Assembly (NCBI GenBank): GCA_963826525.1
Contig: CAWGXH010000003.1
Location: forward strand, 224,001 to 288,000
From: an uncultured Methanomicrobiaceae archaeon
GTDB taxonomy: Archaea > Halobacteriota > Methanomicrobia > Methanomicrobiales > Methanoculleaceae
Length of the DNA: 64,000 nt
Direction: 5' to 3'
The position numbers were made by a program, and so were the translations under genes. Below are positions 20,398 through 32,974 of this stretch, piece by piece (the first letter of the stretch is position 1; every line of letters starts with the position of its first letter). The notes under the pieces are model-generated. The model saw only the letters and a list, made by a program, of their open reading frames with translations. It did not search any database and was not told where the DNA came from.

Positions 20398-20985
20398 TTA
20401 CCGGGGCCTGCCGCCGCCGGGGAACTCGCCCCCGGCCTGGCCTGCACCTGATGAGCCTGCATAGGTCACGATACCCGAGATCGTAACGTCGGCAACCTCT
20501 GTTCCTGCAGTATAGGTTCCCCCGGAGTAGAGGCCGTCGGTGACCGTCCCGGTCGCGCTGCCTCCGGAGTAGATCGTGTAGGTTGCACCCTCTTTGAGTT
20601 CCGGCGAACAGAAGACCACCGACTGATACGCCTTTGTCGGTACGAAGGTAAGAATGTCTTCGCCGTCTCCGGCTTCGATGTGAACCATCGTGCCTGCCGG
20701 CTGTGCCGATGCGAACGTCACCATCACCGAGCGTTGGGTCGATGAGGTGCCGGGAGCCTGCGCCATGCCGGAGCTGCCTGCCGCAACAAGATACCCGCCG
20801 GTAACGGTGAACGCACCGTCGTAATCGAGAGCGCCGTTCCCGTTGTTCGTCGGGCCGTTGACGATAACGACGCCGCCGGTCATATCGATCGAACCGTTTA
20901 CGTCGATACCGTCGCCTGCGGCATCGACGACGATATAGCCGCCGTTGATATGAAGCGAGTTGTTACCGGAAGAGGCGAAGGGCGT
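20398..20985 (-). pseudogene. C-terminal fragment of Cthe_2159-family carbohydrate-binding beta-helix protein
   Basis: LHINGGYIVVDAAGDGIDVNGSIDMTGGVVIVNGPTNNGNGALDYDG...AGSSGMAQAP; no N-terminal part or signal upstream. Confidence 0.7.
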
Positions 20986-21420
20986 CCTCTCCCCTGGTCA
21001 GACGGTGGTCAGGGATACTATCACAATCTCTGAAAAACGGCCTTTTGGGGGCGGCAAGACCTGCGGCTCAGGATACGACGGCGGCTGCGCCGGAGTATGT
21101 GTGGATCCGAAGAGTGTAGTAGAGCCGTCAGACTCGGTTTTCATCACGCTGAGCGCGGGTAGCCCGGATTTCAGATGCCGGGTACGGAGTCCCGGGTACC
21201 TACGGGTTGCCGGCTGATCCGTGATTCGCCGCACTCTCTTCCCGTGGCTCCCCCTTATCTCGTATAAAACTCCGGGAAACAGAGTGCGGTTAGCCCCGGC
21301 TCAATGGTCACCGTCACCCCGGCACCCCGGACGGCTCCTCCTCTCCGTGCATGAGCCCTGTATCGGAGGATCGCTTCCGCTCTGCCTTCCGACCGGCAGG
21401 TAAGCCCTCTGCTGATGGGT

Positions 21421-24400
21421 TTACCTGTTGCCTTCCGCTCTCCATACCCCGGCAGGGGCGAAGATCTCGAATCTGGCCCCCCACCCGGCCCCGCCGTTCT
21501 CGGTGATGGTCATCCCGGTGATGGCGAGAATCCTGCGGATGAGAAACAGTCCAAGTCCCGTATTCCTGCCGATGCCGCGCTCGAATATCCGCTCTTTCTG
21601 GTCGTCCGGGATCCCGACCCCGTCATCTTCGTAGACGACGGTCAGGCCTTCCTCGTCTGCAACGGAGGAGATCCGGATCGCGGATACTCGCTCTCCGTGG
21701 CGGACGGAGTTGTCGACCAGGTTCTCAAGGGCCTTCACGAGCATCGGATCCGCATAGATCTCTCCGGGGGCGCATTCGACCGAGAAGGCGATCCCTTTTT
21801 GCACCTGCAGTTCCGTGGCAAGCACACGGAGATCCTGCCAGTACGGTTCGGTGGTGCCGAGGTCCTGGTAGACCCGGGAGAACTCTAACTGGGACTGTAT
21901 CTTCCAGGTTGCAGCCTCCAGTTTCTCAAGGTAGTAGGTAATAAGCGGGTCAGGTGAGACCTCCCGTGCAAGTTCGATATACCCGAGGATACCGGTCACC
22001 ATGTTGAGAATGTCGTGCCGGGTGATGCCGGAGAGAAGATTGAGTTTTTCGTTCGCAGCCCGGAGCGCCTCTTCCGCATGCTTGCGGTCGGTGACGTTGC
22101 GGAACGATAGCAGAAGTGCCGGTTCCCCCTCGTACACTATCTGCTTTCCTGTGCACTCCACGAAGACGCGGCAAGAATTCGGTGTCAGCAGGACGTATTC
22201 ACCATCGGAGACCTCGTTCCCGCGGGCGAGCTCTTCCAAGCTTCCGGGCGGCAGCCTCCCTCGATTCGGGGGCGATGAACTCCAGGACGCTCCTGCCGAT
22301 CGGGAGATCCTTCTCCCCGTACCCTGCGGTGGCTGCGGCCGCTCTGTTGGCAAGAAGGATGGTGCCTGTCCGGTCGAGAACAAGCGTGCCCTCGAGCGCA
22401 TGCTCGACCAGTGTGCGGGACTTCGCTTCGCTCTCCCGGAGCCGCTCCTCAATCTCTTTCTGCTCAGTAACGTCGTGGCCAACGGACTGGTATTCGATGA
22501 GCCTTCCGCTCAGATCGAAGATCGCCCGCCCGCTCCACCGGAGCCAACGGACGACGCCGTCCTCCTGGATAACGCGGTGCTCGTTCATCCCAGCCGGATG
22601 AGCCTTTGTGAGGGACGCGAAGAAGTCGCTGATCCCCTGCCGGTCTTCATCCGGGACAGCGGGGTAGAAACGCCTGCCGATCAGGGTCTCCCGCGAAAGA
22701 CCGAAGTAGCGCAGGAACGCCTCATTGACAAAGAGGAACACTCCGCCCGGCGTGAACCGGCAGATGAGTTCGGTCTGGCTCTCCACGACATCCCGGTAGC
22801 GCTCTTCACTCTCCCGGATTCTCCGGTGCGCTTCTGCGATCTCGTCCACCTGTTGGCGGAGTTCTTCTTCCACTGCTGCCAGGTGTTCGTTCGCCGCCAG
22901 AAGTTCCTCATTCGCCCGGAGGAGCGCCCGTTCCCCTGCTCGCTGTTCCGTAATGTCGCGGATAGACTCGATGGCACCGACGATCGCTCCGGTTCCATCG
23001 TAGAGCGGGGTCGCCGTAGCCCAGAGAACCACATTCTTTCCCTTCAGCCGGGCATTCTCCGTCTCGATTACGGCGCTCTGCCGGCTGTGGCTGATCCGGG
23101 AGTAATGCTCGCGCAGAGGCGCTTCGTCGCCCTCCAGTACAAGATCGATGAGAACCGGCCGCCGCTCCCCGTAAAAGAGGCGGGCGTACTCGTAATCTCC
23201 TTTACCGACGACCTCGGCCGACCCGATACCGGTCATCTCCTGAATTGCCCGGTTCCAGGCGATGACCTTCCCGTCGGCATCGATGACGAAGGTGGCATCG
23301 GGGAGGAACTCGATGATATCGGCAAGCCGGCGTTCGCTCTCCCGCAGATGCTCTCCGGTGGCGGCGAGGTCGTCGAAACTCGTCCGGAGTTCCTCTTCGA
23401 TCGCCGTGAGCTCCTCGTAGGCCGAGGCGAGTTCCTCGTGCTGCCGGGTGAGCATCATCTCCGCATCTTTCCTTCCGGTAATATCGAGCAGGGATGCGAT
23501 GCTCCTGCCGGTTCCGGGGAGGATCCCGATGGTCATGAGTATGTCGTGCACCGCTCCGTCTCTCGATACGAAACGGAACTCGTACTGCTGCACTGCCTTT
23601 GCCGGGGCGGATCTCCGAAGCCGGTGCTGCTCGAGCATCTGTTCGAGGTTGGCCGGGTCGATGAACTCGGTCCACTGCTTTTTCCCCTCGATCTCCTCCC
23701 GTGAATATCCTGATAGCCGGACGAACTCTGCGTTGACGAGGCTGATCGTCGTATCGTCCTCGACGGTGACGATAGCGGTGCCGGTGTTCTCAAACATCGT
23801 CCGGTACCGCTCTTCGCTCTCCCGGAGCGCTTCTTCCGCGAGCTTCCGGTCGGTGATATCCTGGCCCTGGGCAATGGTCGCGATGATCCGCGATCCGTCC
23901 CGGTCGAGGATGTTTGATGTGCTCCAGAGGATGGTTCTGATGCTGCCCGAGCGGTGGCGAATGGGGATCTCCACCGCTTCCAGCCGCTCACCCGTCAGGG
24001 TCATCCTGAACCGCGCCAAGGCGGTCTCGTGACGCTCGTCCGGAAAAAGGGCGGCGAGCGGGCTTCCGACAGCCTCGCCGACCGGTATGCCGGTCAGGTC
24101 TTCGGCGGCGCGGTTGAACCGGGTGATGACGAGTTCCGGGTTCCAGACGATGATCGGGGCGTTTGCGTATCCGATGAGGTTCTCGAGAAGATCGGTCTGT
24201 GCCGCAAGTTCCGTCTCCGCCCGTCGCGCCTTGACGGCCTGCCGCAGCTTATGCGCAAGTTCGGCAAACTGAGCCTTTGGGTCGCCCCCTTTCTGGAGGT
24301 AAAAATCGGTACCGCTGTTTAAGGCCTCGATCACGACCTCTTCCCGACCCTTGCCGGTGAATATGATGAACGGGACAGTGCAGCCCGACTGGCGGATCGT

Positions 24401-24622
24401 CTTGAGCAGCGTGATTCCGTCCATTTTCGGCATCTGGTAATCGGAGACGACAGCCTCGTAGCGTCCGGATGCCGCCTGCAGGGGAGCCTGCCTCGGATCC
24501 GCAAGTATATCGACGGAGAAGTCACCGGTGCGTTCGAGGAAGAGTTTGGTCACTTCGAGCAGCGCCGGTTCGTCGTCGACGTAGAGGATAGGGATGATCT
24601 CGGCACCTGCAGTATCGGGCAT
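21421..24622 (-). CDS. Hybrid histidine kinase REC-multi-PAS-HisKA-HATPase (frameshift near 22230)
   Basis: ORFs 22199-24622 + 21421-22482; YVDDEP...SDYQMP...QKG receiver, five PAS-like repeats, LLSGITRHDILN H-box, DDGVGIP, GLGLF. Confidence 0.88.
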
Positions 24623-24891
24623 GGCGGTCTCCAGTAATTAGAGACACTCTTTTCATTACTTAAGTGCTTCTATACGAGCCCCTGCGTGACGGTACCTCTT
24701 GCGAGGAATAACGCCCTCCGATGCGGGAACTGCCGCTCACCGGGGCCTTCGGGTGAGGTGTTTAATGAACAGCATCGGCGTACCGGCCCGGCTCTGGCAC
24801 CTGCTCCCTGCATATGCAGCTCTCTGTTCGTTTGCGAGGACGACCGAACCAAAGGGAAGAGTATTCGGCTCTCGAACGAGAGATGTACTTC

Positions 24892-25485
24892 ATGGAAGAA
24901 CCGGTGGCGGAGATCCTGGCGTATGTCAGGACGGTGTTTCAGGATTCGGGGGCGCACGGGTTTGATCATACTGTCCGGGTCACCCGCCTCTGCGAACTGC
25001 TCGGCGTCCGTGAAGGTGCGGATATGGCTATCCTCGTCCCGGCCGCTCTCTTCCACGACGTTGGAAGGCCTTGCGAGGAGGAGACGGGTCTTCCCCACGA
25101 AGAGGAGGGGGCGAGGATGGCGGAGTCCTTCCTCGGGTCGATAGGTTTCCGCGAAGACCTCATTCCCGCCATTACCCACGCCATCCGGGCACACCGGTAC
25201 AGCACGGGCATGCTCCCTGAAACACTTGAGGCACGGATACTCTCGGATGCGGACAAACTGGATGCGATGGGCGCCGTCGGCATCGCCCGGACGTTCATGC
25301 AGGCAGGGGCGCGGGGAGGGGGCATTGCGGACGCGACCGGCCACTTCCACGAAAAGCTGCTGCAGTTACAGAGCCGCATGTATACAGAGAGTGCCCGGAC
25401 TATCGCCGAGCGCAGGCATGCGTTCCTCACCGCGTTTCTCGAGGCTCTCGACGACGAGATGAACGGCACCTCCGCTCTGCCGTGA
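24892..25485 (+). CDS. HD-domain metal-dependent phosphohydrolase
   Basis: AHGFDH, LFHDVGR, AHRY, SDADKLDAMGAVG. Confidence 0.9.
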   Translation: MEEPVAEILAYVRTVFQDSGAHGFDHTVRVTRLCELLGVREGADMAILVPAALFHDVGRPCEEETGLPHEEEGARMAESFLGSIGFREDLIPAITHAIRAHRYSTGMLPETLEARILSDADKLDAMGAVGIARTFMQAGARGGGIADATGHFHEKLLQLQSRMYTESARTIAERRHAFLTAFLEALDDEMNGTSALP

Positions 25486-25519
25486 GGGCTGTTCCCGGAA
25501 TATACTATTCACCGGAGCG

Positions 25520-26140
25520 GTGTACCTCTATGGTCTCCGCAACCTCCCGGATAACGATCTCGTTCGCGCTTCTCACCCTGATCATCACCGCCGGGGTCGG
25601 GACGTTCGTCTCGGTCTTTGCAAACGTCGTCGGGAGCCTCGTATCGCAGAACGAGCAGCAGGCACGCCGCCGGAAGATCAGCCTGATCCTGGGCATCTTC
25701 CACAGCGAGGCCGGAACCGAGATCCTCACGGCCTTCGCCCGCATCGACCCGGATGTCGGAGAGATCCGGGTATGGACGACTTCAAGCGAATCAGGCGGCG
25801 TCTCGAGGGGCACCGGTATGCCGTCGACGGCGGTGCGGCGGATCTTGCAGGGCTGCAGCAGTTCCTCGACGAGAAGAGGGTCGGTTTCTCCTGCGGCTCA
25901 CGGAGAACCCGGCCATCTTCGAGCACGACGCGTTCACCGACCTTCTGCATGCGTTCTCCACCTGCGAGGGAACTCATGCTCCGCGATGACCTCACGGCGC
26001 TTTCCGAGGCCGATCGTGCCCACCTGGCGGGCGACTTCTCCCGGGCGTACCGGCACCTTGCCCTCGAGTGGCTCGGCTACCTGCAGACGACCTACCCGTA
26101 TCTCTTCTCACTGGCAGTCCTGAGAAACTCCTTCGGCGAT
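25520..26140 (+). pseudogene. Degraded ion-channel-associated membrane protein
   Basis: Fragments LILGIFHSEAGTEIL, LLRLTENPAIFEHDAFTDLL, DRAHLAGDFSRAY...YPYLFSLAVLRNSF in three frames; no clear start. Confidence 0.5.
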
Positions 26141-26514
26141 CGTGCATCTCCAGGCGAATCCGGTGACCGGCAGATGCGCCGGGGTGCCCGGATCGCCACC
26201 GGCTTCCTCCCTGCCTTTTCTCCGGATTCGCCTGGAGGATCCCGAAGCATCGGGCCGTAGCCGTCGTGATATTCACACCTCCCGCTTCCACAGGTTCTTG
26301 CCGTTCTCCCGGGTCTTCAGCGTAGTTCCTTCCCCGTATACGCTCCTCTGCTCTCTCTCTGCCCTTCGCACTCCGGCACCGGCCGGTCGGTCGGCTTCGG
26401 AGCACGTTTTTCCCGGCAGGATCTCTCAAAATACGGCAGTAGCGGGAGAGAATGCGCATGCAGACGAATAGAAAGGGTGATATGTGCGTCAGACAGTATT
26501 CCTGTAGTGTAACT

Positions 26515-27344
26515 ATGGAAAAGATCCCCTCTCTGGATATCTATGACGAATTTCGTGAAGAGATTCAGGCTATCTTCCGATCGAGGCTTTTAACCCAGAT
26601 GCTGGTTGCTCTGGGGAGCGGAAGCAGGTCCCTCTCCGACCTCCGTGACATCACCGGCAGTTCCTCGCAGGCGCTCATCCCCAAAATCCGGCAGGCTGGA
26701 GTCGGCTCACTACATCGAATCCGACAAAGGAGATTACACGCTCTCCCCACTCGGCAGGATTGTGGAACCCGAGATCGAGCGGCTGGTAACACTGATGGGA
26801 GCGCTCCAGCGTCACCGGGACTTCTGGATACAGCACGATATCGAGAGCATCCCGCCGGAGTTCCTGAAAGAGATCGGCGACCTCTCCAATTCGGATGTCG
26901 TCAGGGATGTCGAAGAGAACATATTTGCCGTATACACCACGTTTTTGAGTCTCCTGCAGAACGCGAAGTGGATACATGCCGTATCCTCAATCATGAGTCC
27001 GGCCCACGCCGAAGCAATGATGGGTACGGTACGACAGGGCAAACCGGTCGAGCTGGTCGTCTCTGACAGATCTCGCCGATAAATTAACCGCCGAGCCGTA
27101 CATCAACATGCTACAGTCCGTGGGCGACTTCCGGGACTTCAAGATCCATGTTGCTTCGGTTCCGGTCAGGCTTGGGATGACCGTAACCGAAGGGTGCCTG
27201 TCACTCGGACTCTATAAACGGGGCACCGACGCCTACGACGCCGCCGTAGACCTTATCAGCCTTGATGCAACGGCGTTCGCCTGGGGCGAACGGCTGTTCC
27301 AGTACTACAGGCAGCGATCAGAACTGCTGGTATACGACCCCTGA
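26515..27344 (+). CDS. Winged-helix transcriptional regulator with DUF1724 / FilR1-like domain (two frameshifts)
   Basis: Pieces 26452-27066, 26606-27082, 27108-27344: RSLSDLRDITGSSSQALIPKI, YTLSPLG, FWIQHDIESIP, LGMTVTE..LSLGL, AFAWGERLF. Confidence 0.78.
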
Positions 27345-27493
27345 AAACCGTTTTTATATCTTCTATCGCCGGAAGAAGTGTTTTATTTCCCTATTCTATG
27401 AGCCCCGGCGTTGAACCTTCACCGATCGTATTAATTTGATCGATGAATTTTCATTGTCATAATTAATGTTAACCTACCCTCTGAAAACTATGC

Positions 27494-28406
27494 ATGTTCG
27501 AGACTGCATATCAGCCCGAAACCAATCTGATCGACTTCCGGGGGATTATTCATCCTCTGGTGTACAGTTCTGCGTACCTCTCGCTCGCCGGTGCGGCGAT
27601 GGTCTGGATCTCCTGTGTTCTGCAGGGTCTCGCCTTCGATCCCATCGCCGCAGGCATCATGGTGCTCGTCACCTTCTCCATCTACAACCTCAACCGGAAG
27701 ACGGATGAGAGCGAGGATGCCATCAACCATGCCGAGCGGTACACGTTTACGAAGAAGTACGGAAAGTTCCTCTTCTATTCTGCAATCGCTGCATATGGTA
27801 TCGCTCTTCTGGTATCCGTTATCCTAGGGTTTCGACAGCCTCCTGATAGCGGCCATACCGCTGATCGGCGGGGTCGTCTACAGCATTCCGCTCCTCCCGG
27901 CGTGGACCGGCTATCGGCGCTTAAAAGAGATACCGGTGATGAAAAGCCTGATCGTGGCCGTCGCCTGGGCGGTCCCGCCCGCTCTCCTGCCGGTCTGTCA
28001 TGCCGGTCTCCACGCAGACGTCTCCACCGCTATCGTCGGAGTCTTCTACTTCTCGCTGGTCTTCATCAACACCGTGGTCTTTGACATGCGGGACGTGGAG
28101 GGCGACATAGTCTCCGGCGTTCGCACCATTCCGGTGATCCTCGGCATGCGGAGGACGAAACTCGTCCTTACGATTCTCAATGTCTGTCTCGGGGCTGCGA
28201 TCGTCTATGGCGGCCTCTCCTGTATGGGGCTGCCCGTGACGCTGCTGCTGATCGTGAGCGTGCTCTATGCCCAGTGGTATATTACCTCCTTCAACCGCCT
28301 CTGCACCGAGAAGATCCTCGGCGAGCTGCTGGCGGACGGGCAGTTCATCCTGCTCTCCGGGGTGTTGTATGTCTTTGTCAGCGTGATACCGCTTCGTCTG
28401 CTGTGA
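27494..28406 (+). CDS. UbiA-family prenyltransferase (frameshift near 27830)
   Basis: YNLNRKTDESEDAIN and FDMRDVEGD Asp-rich motifs, GVRTIPV, multiple TM helices. Confidence 0.85.
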
Positions 28407-28539
28407 ATTGACCATCCGGCCTTCTCGCGGGCCGGTGAACCCCCTCTCTTTTTAGGCCCCGGGATCTCCAAAATTCATGCATTTGACGAATCTTCATCGA
28501 CGGAATAAATGTCTATGATCTTGGAGAATTCTTCATTGC

Positions 28540-28806
28540 GTGATGAACCTGTCAAGCCGCGTCTGCCTGGCGATCCGTGATGCAGACGCAAACGTGGATC
28601 ACGCTGCACTCAGTTACGAGGGGACGGCAACCGGCAGGTATGCGAAAAGAGGCGACGTAGTCTCTCTGACAGAGAAATTAAAGGAGAGGCCGACCCGGTG
28701 CGGGTGTGCCCTGTGCCCTTACTACGACCCGGAACGCGCCTACTGCCTCTATGTGGATACCCCGGTGACTATTCTGTTCGCCTGCCCGCGGTTTCTTGAT
28801 CTGTAG
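28540..28806 (+). CDS. Small hypothetical protein with Cys-rich C-terminus
   Basis: CGCALCPYYD...YC...ACPRF; start uncertain. Confidence 0.35.
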   Translation: MMNLSSRVCLAIRDADANVDHAALSYEGTATGRYAKRGDVVSLTEKLKERPTRCGCALCPYYDPERAYCLYVDTPVTILFACPRFLDL

Positions 28807-28895
28807 GATAACGGCAGTATTCCGCCCGCCGTCTGCATCACCAGTTCAGGGTGTGGAGTGCATCCGGGTCGGTGCAGTGCCTCTCTGAAAGGGAG

Positions 28896-29300
28896 TTACC
28901 CGGAGAACTCGTCGCCGTAGACGCCCGTCGCGATCTCGTCCTCGATCGTGCCGGTCTCCGTCTCCTCAATCGCCTCCTCCCGTCGCCGCTGCAGTTCCCG
29001 GACGAGGTCTCCGACGGCATGCGGATCAGGGGCGGACTCCGGCGAAGACTCACGGGCAAGGGCGGCAATCTCCAGCAGTGCCTCGCCGATGCGGTCGAGG
29101 TCGCTGTACTGCCCGATCTCGATCAGGAATCGTTCAAGGGTCGGCCCGGACTGGTAGGCGAAGTCTCCCTGGATTGAGGCGAGCATGAGGATCTCGTCGG
29201 CAGCACCGCCCGCTGCCACCTCGATCTCGAGTCTCGCCGGAGAGATCTCGTAGGTGTCGCTACCACCTGTTTCGAACGACCGAACCAGCCGGATCCTCAT
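28896..29300 (-). CDS. Hypothetical acidic protein
   Basis: MRIRLVRSFETGG...IEDEIATGVYGDEFSG; host-like codon usage. Confidence 0.55.
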   Translation of the reverse strand: MRIRLVRSFETGGSDTYEISPARLEIEVAAGGAADEILMLASIQGDFAYQSGPTLERFLIEIGQYSDLDRIGEALLEIAALARESSPESAPDPHAVGDLVRELQRRREEAIEETETGTIEDEIATGVYGDEFSG

Positions 29301-29442
29301 AGCCCGGCCGCTGCCGGACTCCGCATCACAATCCCTCATGACTACATCCCTTCCAGGAGATCGCCGTGCCGGAGGATTACTGTTTGCTTTTTTACCTGCG
29401 CCGGATCGTAATGTTAATACGTCAACCTGCTCATGTTGACAC

Positions 29443-29888
29443 ATGCCTCTCCCTCACAGCGACCGGCAGTTCGAGTTCTGGAGACTCCGCAGAAGTGGTC
29501 TTCCGAATATCCGGATCGCCGACCTCTTCCGCATATCCCGCCAGGCGGTCTCAAAGGCACTCCTCACCATGGATCGGAAGGTCGAGGGAGACGCTCCTTG
29601 AAATGGCTCACGCAAACCAGATAGACGCAGAGAAGCTGAACGCGGAGATGGGGAGTCCTCTTTGGGCGGTCCATCCCGCTCAATGCGAATGCTCTCATCT
29701 TCATCTCCGCCGGACACGGGGTGCAGGTCTGGTACGAGCATGAAGGAGACTGCGACGCCTCCCGGTATGCCCGGTGTATCGACATCCTCTGGGACGTTGC
29801 CGACGAGATGGGGATTGTGCTGATGAAGACCGATGACCCGACACGGATGGCCGACGAACTGTTTCTGAAACTGAAGGGGCTCGTATGA
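29443..29888 (+). CDS. HTH-containing conserved hypothetical protein (two frameshifts; not in ORF track)
   Basis: Reconstructed MPLPHSDRQFEFWRLRRSGLPNIRIADLFRISRQAVSKALLTMDRKVE...ETLLEMAHANQI...GVQVWYEHEGDC...DELFLKLKGLV*. Confidence 0.6.
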
Positions 29889-30049
29889 CGGTATGCTCTT
29901 CTGGATCTGGTACGGAGGCGGCTGGGCTGGTGCCCGATGGAAGGGCCGATGCAGGCGCACCTGCCGAGGCAGCCGGAGATCCGGACGGAGGGTGTCCCGC
30001 GTGGGCATGGGAAGCGGGAGACCCCCGGCTGCCGCCGGTCATACCTACG

Positions 30050-32955
30050 TTATCTCTCAGCGAGCCCGAACTCTCCCGGAGCGTGAACCGGAACGCCGCC
30101 CCCTCCTCCGGCCTGCCCGGCACCCGGTCGTCGACCCAGACCTCTCCCGCCGTAGCGCTCGATGAGGGCCTACGATAAAGAGCCCGAGGCCTTCGCCCTT
30201 CCCCTTGGCTCTGCCCCGTTCGAACCGGCTGAAGATCGTCTCTTTCATCTCGTCCGGGACGCCCGGGCCGGTGTCCTCGACCGCGACCAGCACTTCACCG
30301 TCCTGCATCTCCACCTGGATGGCAATCTCCACATCAGGTCCCCCGTAATTGACGGCGTTGCCGATGAGGTTCGTGAAGATCATCGGTAACAGATTGTCCG
30401 CCAGCACCTCGACCGAAGGGTCCATGTACCGGATCGATGCCCCGGGGAAGTTTCCGATCTCCTCCTTAATGACGGCATCGAGGTTCACCGGCACCAGGCG
30501 GCCGGGTTCCTGCTGAATCCGCCGGATGGTGGCGACGTTTCGGAGAATCTCGCTGCTCCGCTCGATGCTGTCGTGCAGTTTTCGGGCGTAGAGCCACTGA
30601 TCGCCCGCAAGCAGTTCGACCAGGAGGTCGGCGTACATGCTCGAGACGTTGTTCGCGTTCCGGACATCGTGGGTCATGATATCGAGGTACAGGTGCGCCT
30701 CGTCGCGTGCTGCTACGACCTCTTCGCTCTTCCGGACGAGGTCATCGGTCCGACGCTGAAGTGCTTCTTCCGCCCTTTTGCGGTTGGTGATGTCGATGAA
30801 AACCCCTACCGCGCCATGGGATCTGCCGTTCTCATCAAGCAGCGGTACGGCATTGCCGAGCAGGTGCCGCAGCGTCCCGTCGCTGAAGACCAGATCGAAT
30901 TCGAACTGTTGTACCGGCCGGCCGGTTGCGGCGGCTCTCTGTAACGGAATTTCCTCCGGCGGGATCTCGGCGCCGTCTTTCATAATCCGGAAATGTGCCG
31001 GCCGCTCGCCTTCGGGTGCCGATTTTGAGAGGTTGCTTCCCGGTGGCATACGGAACAGGTCGTAGGTGCACCTGCTGCCGAAGATGGAGCGGCATTCGGG
31101 ATCGAGCGCGATGAAGACCGCGGCCGGCACCGCTTCCATGATCGCCTGCAGCTCCGCCGCCCGCTGCCGCTCCCGCTCCTCGCTCTCCCGGAGTGCCTCC
31201 TCGGCGAGTTTGGTCGTTGTCAGGTCCACGGCCGCGGACGCCACGCCGATGATCCGGCCGTCGCGGTCGCGGATCGGCTCCCAGATGATATCGAGATACA
31301 TCCGTCCGGTGGGCCGGTCGAGCCATATCTGCTCGCGCTGTTCGATGCCTTCTTCGAGCACGCGCCGCTCGATCGCCGTGAAATGCGCCGCCTCTTCGGC
31401 AGTGAAGATCTCGTGGTCGAGATGCCCGACGATCTGATCCGGTCCGCCGACCGCTGGTTGTACGCCCAAACGTAGCGCAGGTCGCGGTCCTGCGCCGCCA
31501 CAGACACCGGCGAGTTCCTTAGCGCCAGCCGGAAGCGCTCCTCGCTCTCGCGCATGGCCTCTTCGGCCTTTTTGCGCTCGGTGACGTCGCGGGCGTTCAC
31601 CACAAAACCCCGGACAGCCGCCTCTTCCAGGAGATTGACGCCGATTACATCAAAATACAGCCAGTCTCCCGAGTGGTGCCGCATCCGAACTTCGAGGGTG
31701 ACCCTCTTGTCCGGATGGGTGGCGGCAGTAGAGAGGGCGTCCATCACCAGCGGCAGATCGTCGGGGTGCGTCAGTCTGAGTATCGGCATTCCGGTGAGTT
31801 CTTCGGGTGCATACCCGCTGACCTGTTTCACCGAAGGGCTTGCATACACGATATGCCCCCCTGCATCGAGGACGACGACGACATCCGAGGCATTCTCGGT
31901 GAGCAGCCGGAACCGCGCCTCGCTCTCCCGGAGCGCCCTCTCCGCCGCGTTCACCTGGCGGGAGATATCGGTGACGGCAACCCGGAGCCGGGGCGTATCG
32001 CCGTCGGCGGCGCTCTTCCCCTCGAGCAGCGCCCAGGCGGGCTCGCCCCTCCGCCCGCTCCAGCCGGATGTCGCAGGCCTCGTTCATATCCGAGGACAAT
32101 CGCCCGGGCAAGGAACTCGTTGAACGTTTGAGACTCTCCCGCTCGAGGAAGAGCCCGAATCGGGCTCCGATAAGCCGCCCACGCTCCCTGCCGAGGAGTG
32201 ACGCCCCGGCAAGGTTCGCTTCCAGGATCTCCCCTCGCGCATCCAGCGTGAAGTAGCCGAGCGGTGCAAACTCGTAGAGGTCGCGGTACTTCTCTTCGGA
32301 GGCCTCGAGCGCAGTATACGCCCCACGGAGTTCCTCGTTCTGCGTTTCGAGTTCGACCCGGTGCTCCTCGAGTTCTTCATATGCTCTGTGCAGCGTCACT
32401 TCTGCGGATTTCCGCTCGGTCAGATCCATGGCAACCAGGGAAAATACCTGACATCCCGTCCATCGGCAGCAGCCGCAGGGAGAGGTACACCGGCACCAGG
32501 CCCCCCGCGTACGTCTGCAGCGTGCTCTCGCCCGTGCCGCCGGAAGGGTCTCCTGCCGTCATCATCCGCCGGAAGCTCCCCGCGGATGCAGGAGCGATGA
32601 AGGCATGGATCGACTCCCCCATCACCTTCTCGAGAGGCATCTGGAGCAGCCGGGCGAAACTTGCGTTGCTGTAGAGGATGGTGCCGTCCGTGGTGAGGAT
32701 CGCCGCTCCTTCCCGCATCTGCTCGATGAGCACGCGGTAGGGATGCTCGGCGGTCTTTAAGGTGTAGATCTTCTCCCCTTCGTCCGTGGAGACCAGGAAG
32801 GCATCGACCTCCCCCCGCCGGATCGCCGAAAGCGTCTCTTCCGCCTCGGCAAAGCCCCCGTAGAGCTCCTCGAGTACGCGGAGGAGTTCCTCTTTCGCGC
32901 GGCAGTCGGGGAGCGTTCGTATCGGATTGGTGCTCTGGAACCCTGCATCATGCAT
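30050..32955 (-). CDS. Kai-operon multi-PAS histidine kinase (split into 4+ pieces by indels)
   Basis: ORFs 32377-33012, 31650-32429, 31220-31954, 30057-31469; N-terminal EAEETLSAIRRGEVDAFLV...YTLKTAEHPYRVLIEQMREGA, five PAS-like domains, YLDIMTHDVRNANN, DTGPGVP, GEGLGLF. End approximate. Confidence 0.82.
30085..30790. repeat. Near-identical kinase transmitter cassette (also at 37762-38470; related at 49535-50150 and 54238-54880)
   Basis: Long identical DNA runs, e.g. about 30503-30720 vs 38183-38390. Confidence 0.85.
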
Positions 32956-32974
32956 CACCGATGGGGCGACCGGC

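Noticed and set aside
20990-21415. Short ORFs between the Cthe_2159 fragment and the kinase
   Set aside because: No recognisable motif or coding signal.
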